From: Macrostomum hystrix
Taxonomy: Eukaryota; Animalia; Platyhelminthes
Direction of reading: 5' to 3'
Length of the DNA stretch: 64,000 nucleotides
Assembly: GCA_950097015.1 (NCBI GenBank)
Contig: CATNEN010000001.1
Coordinates: 6,386,001-6,450,000 of the forward strand
Shown here one piece after another: positions 50,749 to 60,588 of this stretch. Both the position numbers and the translations under genes were made by a program. The notes beneath the pieces were generated by a model. That model was given only the letters and a program-made list of their open reading frames with translations. It was not told the origin of the DNA and did not search any database. The number at the start of each line of letters is the position of its first letter. Position 1 is the stretch's first letter.

Positions 50749-52628
50749 ATGTCCTCAAATCCTGAGCCAGACGGAGCTGTTCAGTTGAAGCGAGCAGGCA
50801 GTCAGATACCAGCGCAGGCGGTGGCTTCGGCGGCGGCTGCCGCTGTGGCCGCGCCAACCTTCTTTAGCCGAACGAGTACCTTCTCAAAGACGCTAACAGA
50901 ACGCGAGAAGACAATAGTAGCGGAAATGTTCGATAAACGGCAGCGAGACGCTACAAAGACATTGCTTGAGAATCTCATAGAGAAGAAGCTGGAAGATGAG
51001 GTAGGCAATGAAGATCCCGCGCCCAATGAGACTGGAGCACCAAAAACTGAGGTTGCCAGCTCGACGGACGCTAAAACCAGCGTCGATCCGCCGACGCAGC
51101 CGCGGAGAAGACGACGTCGTTTGAAACCCGGTGAGCTAGACTTCTCCAACGTGACGGATCCGAGAAACCTGACCGAACTGACTCAGCTGCGCCTCAGGCC
51201 ACAGGAGCTGCGTGGCTGCTGGTCGCAGAAGCTCTACATTGTGGCTTGCCGCCGACTGGGACTGGCGCCGAGGTCGTACATTCACAGTACATTGGCAAAG
51301 ACAAAACTGATTTTGGCGAACAAGTTCTCCCAAAGTGAGGAGATCCTTTCAATTTCTGTCAGCATGACAGATAATCGAACTCTAACGACAGTTGAAATTG
51401 TCGACAACAAATTGGACACCAAAAGCATAGCCTACCTGTGCCACGCTGTATGGGAGTGTACGAGCATAGCCAGCTTCACGCTGGCTGGTAACGAGTTCAC
51501 AGACGAAGGACTGTCGATGGTTGTCGAGCTGCTCGTTGAAACGCGTCACCTGCACACGGTATCGCTGAGAGATAATCGTATCCGGGATGTCCACGGACAA
51601 AAGATCGCCGAAGTGTTGGAACACAACAGAAGCATTACCAACCTTGATTTGAGTTACAACCAGCTCGGTGATTTGGCTGCTCAGTACATTGGACCCGCTC
51701 TAGCTGAAAACGATAAAGTGCGACACCTGAACCTAAATTGGAACTGCTTCAGATCCCAAGGCGTGGGCGTTCTCACTCGCAACTTAAACGAAAACATTGC
51801 TCTGAGAGAGCTGACACTAAAAATGAACGGACTGGGAATCATTGGCGCTGGTCATGTGTGCCGGTACCTGGCCAACAATGAAACTCTGTTTAGCATCGAT
51901 CTGAGCAACAATCGAATCGGAGATCCGGGATTCGCTACAGTTGCAAGGATGGTAGCCAAAAACTTTTCCCTGAAAGAGATCAAGCTAGGTAATAACACAG
52001 TGAGCACTGCTGCAGTGTTCAATGTGTTGGAGGCCTTTCACAAAAACAAGGACTCAGATTTGAGGATTCTAGACTTTGAAGGTATGAATTAATTTCAAAC
52101 TGTATTATTTTACAAGCCGTGTGTAATACAGCTTTATTTATTTACCAATTAAACTTCGAAGGCCTCTACATGGACAAAGATTGTCTGGAACTGGTCGAGG
52201 CAATAAAAAAGGAACGACCGCACACTTACTTCGTGATGCACGGCACTGTAGAACGTGGCACTGAGCACAAGACTAAGGAGATCATTCGAGGCATCATTGA
52301 TCACGACAGTCCGTTGGAGATTCTGCGCTACTACGTGGAGCAGTCTGGAAGCCGTCTTGTAGACGTCTTCAACGTTTTCGACGTCGAAAAAAAGAACGCC
52401 ATCACGAAAAGTGATCTGATTCGGGGATTAGAAAAGATTAATTTAACCTTCACCCAGGAGCAGGCCGACATCCTGTTCGAAGAACTCGACGTCGACAAGT
52501 CGGGCGACATCGACTTCGGCGAACTCATGGCCGGCGATCAAGAAGCGAGAAAGAATCTTCGACGCAGAGGAAAATTTCACGCAACCGTTGTTAAAAAACC
52601 TGTGGTGGAGGACTTCAGTGACATCTGA
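50749..52628 (+). CDS. Leucine-rich repeat (RI-like) protein with C-terminal EF-hand pair, LRRC74A-like, ~599 aa. Exons: 50749-52081 and 52162-52628
   Basis: YIVACRRLGLAP motif precedes ~28-aa LRRs (LDLSYNQLGDLAA, LNLNWNCFRSQG, IDLSNNRIGDPG). EF hands RLVDVFNVFDVEKKNAITKSDL and LDVDKSGDIDFGEL. One 80-nt GT-AG phase-1 intron. Confidence 0.85.
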
Positions 52629-53816
52629 TTAAAAAAATCAATATGGCAGTTATTTCTTAACTTCCTACCATGCGCTTTTGAAACTTTTGTTCGAGTACAG
52701 ATATCAGATATCATTGAGTACTGAACATTATGCAGTGAAATTGACAAGTTATTGATATATAATTTAATAATGAAATGTCGTTTTTCAACACGTTTTTATT
52801 TTGTCTCTTTTGTAAAAAACTGCAAGCAAATCTGCTCTTCTGCGCTGTGTAGAAAATAGATTTGGTCTCAAATTGGATTACATGTACAACCTAAAAGTGC
52901 CTGTAGAAATAAAAATCACAAATCATTGACTTCTTCTTTGAGTTACAAAACATTTTGTATCATTTTCTTGATTTCTTTTTGCTACAAGCTCGCTAATAAT
53001 GTACTTGCGTAAATCCACGATCCAACCGACCGCGTTTGTCTTAAAGGTGCGCTAGCATCCAACCAGTACGCAGTAGTCGTTTTAAAATTATATTTATGTA
53101 CTGAGGTTGAAAAAATCATACCACTTAGCAGTTAGCAAAACAAAACTGAGAAATCCCCAACACAAAACTTTATGCCCACACATGCAGTGAGATAATGAAA
53201 TTCGCGTTGGTTCGATCACTTATATGAAATACTTAGTCATCCCAAATAGAATTCATATATTCAACAGAATCACCACAAGGCCTACACTTTTTTAATCAGT
53301 ACTAGCTAGTTGCCCGCTAGTTTTGCAGTTGTCAATTTGACTTGGAGCACTGCTTGGGGCATCACTTTGATTGCATGTGATTCTGTACTTGCGTTTTTTT
53401 GGAAAGCAAAAGTGAACAAAGTAAGTGAAGTTATGTAAGATAGTAATCTGAAGTAACTTAAGAATGGGGTATAGGCGTCTAAACAAAGCTTCGAATAAAA
53501 AGTACGCTCGAATTGTTTAACTACTGAATGATTTTCTAGAAATGTTTAATTTTCCGCGATAACTTTGGCCACGAACAATAATATCCTACTACTAATGCAG
53601 GTCCAACAATTACACTATCAATAAATTATCAGTTAACTAGCTGGCCCCAGAGGTAGAATTACAGCTGTGTTTAACCTTGTAATTTATATATATATTGACA
53701 CTAGTGCTCTAGCTCAATACGAACAAAAATTAAACAAGCCTAATTTGTACATTTTAGTCACGTTTTCTTAAAAAATTATCCTGTTTTGCTCTAATTTGCT
53801 TCACGCCTTCTCAGTA

Positions 53817-56800
53817 ATGTACTCTCTCAGAAGCTTTCGTATTTTGAAGCATGCGCTCTCCAGCTCTAAGTTGTCCCAGGCGACATTAAAGAAGTCTTAC
53901 TCATCTTCTTCAGCAGTTCTTGACAGTAAGTTCCATTCGCTTTCTTTTAAAACAATATTTCAATTGAAATATATTTTCAATTGAAGTAGCTGTATTTAGG
54001 ATGTGGTTGTCAATGTTTAAATTTCTACTGAGCATGTCATGTCTATTAGTACTATTTTACTTGGCCTTAGACTTTTTACTTGTTTATAATCACTATTGTA
54101 GGATTAGTTTTATTTGTGGGTCATTTAATTTAGTCATACATGCGCAACACCTGGCCAAACCGACCAGTTGAAACGAGGGCCAAGCAAGGTAAGTCACAAA
54201 AACCAATCACCCAAGTGCAAAAAAATCACAGGGGGGACCAAGGGACAAGAAAGGAAGGCGTGAAGAAAAAGAAAAAGGGGAGATAAAAAGAGAGCAAACT
54301 AAGTCGTAAATAGAGCAATGAAATGAACTAAGTCACAAATGAGAGCAAACTAAGTCATAAATAGAGCAAAAACTAAGTCGCATGGCTGGCTAAGATTTGG
54401 GAGGTTGCGTATGTATGAATTTAGTTGACTAATTTTCTTCACTAGGCCTAACAATTATTTGTCATAGTAAATGTTGCATATTTGCAGTTACAATTTATCA
54501 AGATGTCTTCACATGTTGTACATATAAATAAGTAATACAGATAATATTTAAGTACACTGCACAGATATAGGGATTTTAGTAGTTTAAGAAAACTGTCATG
54601 CACCTAACTAATTCAGACAAATAGTAAATATATAGAACACAATATAATTAATTATTGCACATGACTATGAGTAAATAAAAACCAAACAGATGACTTAGAG
54701 CTAACTGCTCTGCTGCCTAAAAGGTCATTTACATTAGACAGAATGGGATGATGACAATTCATTAGGATATTTTAAATACAACTATGATGCATTTCAAAAA
54801 TTTGGGCTTAAAAATAAAAAATTTCATAGGTTAAGCCCTTAGACCTTGTACATTATTATGTTAACATTTATAAAAATTAGCTTTCAGTAAGTATATTGTT
54901 CTGGAAGTTATTTCACTATAGACAATTAATATATAGTGTATTAGTTCTATTTGTTTGAACATTTTGGAAGCATTAATTGCAAGTTTGCATTATTTTTGTT
55001 ATGTTATGTTCTTAGCATTTAAATTGCTAAATGAAATTTGTTCTAAATGTAAAAAACAATCCTCCAATATTCCAAGACCTCTGTATATAACTATTTGATT
55101 TACTATTGTATTTGTTTTACCTATGTATTATCCTTAGGTCGATTGAGCAATAATGGTTTGGGTAGTTTATAGGTACCATATGTATATAGCTACTTCAATT
55201 GCCTATTCAATTTTGGTTTAAAGATTTGATTTAATTTACAATACACTGAAGTGAAAAAATATGTAGTACTTATTTTTTTAGTGATACTTATATTCATATA
55301 AAACCAAATAAGCCAATATTACTTATTTAGTAAGTTTCACAAGGTTGGAGCATAGAGTTCATTTTTTTAAAATATTCAATCTAGCTAGCTTTTGTTTTGT
55401 TTCTTAAAAATCAATTTATAATTATATTGTATCTGTAAATTAAAAAATAAATTTTAGTGTGTAAGACTGAATGCTAATTCTGATTTAATAAATATGAAAT
55501 TCTATATCACAAATTTAACCTACTGCTTTTAGTTGGCCTTGGCCTATCTCCTGAGAAGCGTCAAATTCTAGAATTGGCATTGAACTTCACTCAAAATGAG
55601 GTGGCGCCGCATATGCAGAAATGGGACGCTGAGCACACATTCCCAGTTGAAATGTTTGCCAAAGCTGCAAGTCTTGGCTTTGGTGCAATCTATTGTAATG
55701 AAGAATATGGCGGCTCAGGACTTAACAGACTCGACGCATCACTGATATTTGAAGCTATTGCCACTGGCTGTGTTACTAGCAGCGCCTATCTTAGTATTCA
55801 CAAGTGAGATTAGATTGTGGAAATCTCAAAGCAATAGGTCAAAAACAAAATTTATAATATAAAATGTTTGCCTGATTTGTCAGATATAAAACTCCTTTAT
55901 AGCCTAGTAGAAAATCCTCTGTCTTTTTCTGATTGGCCAATGGAAAAGAAGATAATCCTCTGTCTTTCTCTGATTGGCCAATGAAAAAGAAGATAATCCT
56001 CTGTCTTTCTCTGATTGGCCAACTGAAAAGAAGAAAATCATCTGTCTTTCTCTGATTGGCCAACTGAAAAGAAGAAAATCATCTGTCTTTCTCTGATTGG
56101 CCAACTGAAAAGAAGAAAATCATCTGTCTTTCTCTGATTGGTCAGCTAGGAATGTGAGGAAATAGTATGTCCTTCTCTAATCGATTTGTTGAGAAAGAGA
56201 GAAAATAGTTGGTCATTATCTGATTATTCAGCTAGGAAAAATAAAGTTGCGCGTCGCCCCCATTCCGCAGCATGTGCGCCTGGATGATTGATAGCACAGG
56301 CACAGAGGAGCAGCGATCTCATTGGCTGCCCCAGCTTGCCAGCATGTCCCGCCTCTGCTCATATTGCCTAACAGAGCCCGGCAGCGGATCGGATGCGGCC
56401 GCGTTGACAACCACAGCTAAAAGTGACGGAGAAAATTACTACGTGTTAAACGGTAGCAAGGTGTGATTAAATTATAATTCTAGATTCTCATCTAAACATA
56501 TATTAACTAAAAGGTCATTGATCCCATTCAAAATGAATCCCAAAAAATCTTTTGAGAGTTTGGCTATCTCAATCACGATCTCAGAAAAATCCGGATCACA
56601 AACTGATCCCAATCACAAGCAGATCCCAATCACAAGCAGATCCCAATCACAAGCAGATCCCAATCACAAGCAGATCCCAATTACAAACAGATCCCAATCA
56701 CAAACCGATCCCAATCACAAGCAGATCCCAATCACAAGCACATCCCAATCACAAGCAGATCCCAATCACAAGCAGATCCCAATCACAAGCAGATCCCAAT

Positions 56801-58776
56801 CACAAGCAGATCCCAATCACAAACAGATCCCAATCACAAGCAGATCCCAATCACAAGCAGATCCCAATCACAAACAGATCCCAATCACAAGCAGATCCCA
56901 ATCACAAGCAGATCCCAATTACAAACAGATCCCAATTACAAACAGATCCCAATTACAAACAGATCCCAATCACAAACCGATCCCAATCATGAACAGATCC
57001 CAATTATGAACGAATCCTAATAAACTTTCCCGATCAAGAACAGATCCCAAGCAATGAACATTTGCCAAAAAGTTATCCTAATCAAGAACAGATCCCAAAA
57101 ATCACAATCGAGAACAAATCCCAAAAATCCTAATTAAGAAACGATCCCAATAAATTTCCCTAACCAAGAAGATATCCTAAGTAATTTAATAAATCCGAAT
57201 CCGTAATAAATCCCAATAGAAATCTCTGTCAAGAACAGAACCTTATAAATTAGAACTCTGAATTGATTCCAATCAGTTCATATAAATCCCACCTCTGTCT
57301 GTCATCAAAATAGGCTTTCATCTCAGGCGCCGGCGCCACAGATCTTTATCTGATAATGTGCCGAACTGGCGTGGACGGTCCCAAAGGCATCTCGTGCATC
57401 ATGGTTGAGAAGGGCACAGAGGGCCTGTCGTTTGGCAAAGTGGAGCGCAAATTAGGCTGGAATGCTCAGCCTACTCGAGAAGTTGTGTTAGAAAACTGCC
57501 GAGTGCCCAAGTCTAATAGGCTTGGACCTGAGGGCTCCGGGTTCAATTTAGCGATGCGCGGGTTGAACGGCGGCCGAGTCAACATCGCGTCCTGCAGTCT
57601 GGGTGCGGCGCAAGCCTCTCTCACAGCAGCTAGGGACTACCTGACTGTTAGGCGACAATTTGGACAGCAGTTGGCCAGTTTCCAGGTGACAAATCAGAGT
57701 TTTATTTGGGCTTGCTGCTACTTTGTTTAAATTCCGTGAGGTAATGATATTGATTGAAAAAACGTCAGGTTCTTTGTCCTAAAAGTATTTTGATTCTTAA
57801 CACTAGTTCAAATACCGCTCTATGCGATTAAACAACTTCCAGAATCACAAAACATCGCCTCGTGATCATCGAGATATTCATCTCCAGAATGAGGGTCTTG
57901 ATCCCACCAGAATGAGGATATTGATCCCATCAGAATGAGGATCTTGATCCCATCAGAATGAGGATCTTGATCCCATCAGAATGAGGATCTTGATCCCATC
58001 AGAATAAGGATCTTGGTCCCATCAGAATGAGGATCTTGATCCCATCAGAATGAGGATCTTGAACCCATCAGAATGAGGATCTTGATCCTATCAGAATGAG
58101 GATCTTGAACCCATCAGAATGAGGATCTTGATCCTATCAGAATGAGGATCTTGATCCCATCAGAATGAGGATCTTGATCCCATCAGAATGAGGATCTTGA
58201 TCCCATCAGAATGAGGATCTTGATCCCATCAGAATGAGGATCTTGATTCCTGTAGATGATCATGATCATAAAAAAGTATCTTGATCCATTAAAATTTTGG
58301 GACATTGACCTATGGAATATTTACTTCCTTATAATAAAAAGGAGTTTTAGTCATCAAGAAAGTTTATTCCCAACCTCGACGATGAAATATATATTTTTCA
58401 AAGTTGATCTTAATTCGGCAACCAATCAGATTCATTCTCCAACACTGGCCAATCACAGGCTCTGCAATTCCAATTGGCTGAAATGGCCGCCCAGCTAGTC
58501 TCCTCTCGCCTCCTGGTTCGTCAAGCGGCTCAAGCATTAGACTCCGGCGATGCCGGCGCCCCTGCCCTATGCGCCCTAGCTAAAATGCACTCAACTGAGC
58601 AGTGCTTCGATGTCTGCAATCGTGCACTGCAACTATTCGGCGGCTACGGCTACCTGCTAGACTTTCCCGTGCAACAGTACCTGAGAGATTCTCGAGTTAA
58701 TTGCATCCTGGAGGGCACTAATCAAGTGATGCGAATGCTGGTTGCTAGGGATATTATCGGAAAATTAGCCGCCTAA
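53817..58776 (+). CDS. ACAD8: Isobutyryl-CoA dehydrogenase, mitochondrial, ~419 aa. Exons: 53817-53925, 55533-55803, 56271-56460, 57314-57685, 58459-58776
   Basis: Close match to ACAD8 motifs: [101 protein letters not shown]...[15 protein letters not shown]. Exon 1 is Ser/Arg/Lys-rich like a transit peptide. Splice phases are consistent. Confidence 0.95.
54135..54417. mobile_element. hAT-type MITE (283 bp) in ACAD8 intron 1
   Basis: TIR CATACATGCGCAAC / GTTGCGTATGTATG (13 of 14 match). Perfect 8-bp TSD AATTTAGT at 54127-54134 and 54418-54425. Internal repeated AACTAAGTC motifs. Confidence 0.88.
55912..56145. repeat. Minisatellite, 41-bp unit AATCCTCTGTCTTTCTCTGATTGGCCAATGAAAAAGAAGAT
   Basis: 5-6 tandem units in ACAD8 intron 2. 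Confidence 0.92.
56595..57010. repeat. Minisatellite, 17-bp unit GATCCCAATCACAAGCA, with degenerate flanks to ~57200
   Basis: Tandem units in ACAD8 intron 3. Confidence 0.95.
57885..58250. repeat. Minisatellite, 23-bp unit GATCCCATCAGAATGAGGATCTT
   Basis: Tandem units in ACAD8 intron 4. Confidence 0.95.
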
Positions 58777-59239
58777 ATTGTCTCCTGATCATGTGGTTAT
58801 GACAAATTTTCAGATATATTTTTCTCGGATTTCTGGAATCTCTAAACGAACGTACTAGAACGTGTTCAAATTGTTCTACTGATTAGTAGTGTAGTTCGAT
58901 AGTGGCATTGTCTGTATGTCTGGTTTTATGCTAACGATTTGACTAAAAATAAACTAACGCAAACGGGTTAAGGCAACCGCAGATGACTGAGAGCCGGTTA
59001 GATTCTTAGAAACAAAGACTATATTTCTGAGAATCTCCAATGATGATTTGCTAGTGTACCATTTTAAGTAATTCGTTAGAAATTTCCTCCTGTTTTTGTC
59101 TGTAGTTTTACTATAAAAATAAATGTTTTAATGATAAAGGATTTCTCACTTTTTAGCTTGTAGAATTGAGAACTAATTTCATAACCTTACAAATTATGGT
59201 CAGATTTGACTTTGCATTCTTGCTAATATTTTTTAAATT

Positions 59240-60140
59240 ACACATTTACTCTCCATTCCTTCTCACATCTACTCTCCATTCCTTCACAGATCTACTCTCC
59301 ATTCCTTCTCACATCTACTCTCCATTCCTTCACAGATCTACTCTCCATTCCTTCTCACATCTACTCTCCATTCCTTCACAGATCTACTCTCCATTCCTTC
59401 TCACATCTACTCTTCAATCCATCTCAGATCTACTCTCCATTCCTTCTCAGATCTACTCTCCATTCCTTTTCAGATCTACTCTCCATTCCTTCTCAGATCT
59501 ACTCTCCATTCCTTCTCAGATCTACTCTCCATTCCTTCTCATATCTACTCTTCAATCCATCTCAGATCTACTCTCCATTCCTTCACAGATCTACTCTCCA
59601 TTCCTTCTCACATCTACTCTCCATTCCTTCTCACATCTACTCTCCATTCCTTCTCATATCTACTCTTCAATCCATCTCACATCTACTCTCCATTCCTTCT
59701 CACATTTACTCTCCATTCCTTCTCACATCTACTCTCCATTCCTTCTCACATCTACTCTCCATTCCTTCTCATATCTACTCTTCAATCCATCTCACATCTA
59801 CTCTCCATTCCTTCTCACATTTACTCTCCATTCCTTCTCACATCTACTCTCCATTCCTTATCACATCTACTCTCCATTCCTTATCACATCTACTCTCCAT
59901 TCCTTCTCACATCTACTCTCCATTCCTTATCACATCTACTCTCCATTCCTTATCACATCTACTCTCCATTCCTTCTCACATCTACTCTCCATTCCTTATC
60001 ACATCTACTCTTCAATCCATCTCAGATCTACTCTCCATTCCTTTTCAGATCTACTCTCCATTCCTTCTCAGATCTACTCTCCATTCCTTCTCAGATCTAC
60101 TCTCCATTTCTTCTCAAATCTACTCTCCATTCCTTCTCAT
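59240..60140. repeat. Pyrimidine-rich minisatellite, 23-bp unit ATCTACTCTCCATTCCTTCTCAC
   Basis: Tandem units between the convergent 3' ends of ACAD8 and the mucin-like gene. Confidence 0.96.
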
Positions 60141-60147
60141 ACCTATG

Positions 60148-60242
60148 TTTTCAAATTAGATCTTCATTCGGCAACCAATCAGATTCATTCTCCAACACTG
60201 GCCAATCACAGGCTCTGCAATTCCAATTGGCTGAAACGGCCG
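60148..60242 (+). repeat. Dispersed ~95-bp duplicate of the ACAD8 intron-4/exon-5 junction (58395-58489)
   Basis: attcggcaaccaatcagattcattctccaacactggccaatcacaggctctgcaattccaattggctgaaa is identical at both loci. Confidence 0.95.
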
Positions 60243-60588
60243 ACTCTTTCTCTTATCTACTTTTTATCGACTATCTATTTAATTTCTTGATCGATTAAAA
60301 TTGAACAGTAAAAAGTGTCAACCAAACGAATTCAATTATTGATCAATGTTATTATAAAATGATTGGTGCTTTTCATGAAAATTCGGCGCTTTCTCAAAAG
60401 CTTAGTAAATATTTGTTTATTATTCTGTGCAAAAGCAGAACAGAAAATAGGTTATACTTCATAAAAAAAGCAGTTAAAATTGACACTTCTATCTTGGATA
60501 TCTATGGGGAGGTGTTGAAAAAATTGTTTTAACAAAGTTAAACAAAACTAGGAGCAAATTAGTTTATCTTTGCCAATGTCCCACCCAA

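Noticed and set aside
59166-60290. 374-aa ORF downstream of ACAD8
   Set aside because: Translation of a 23-bp repeat plus an out-of-frame copy of the intron/exon junction.
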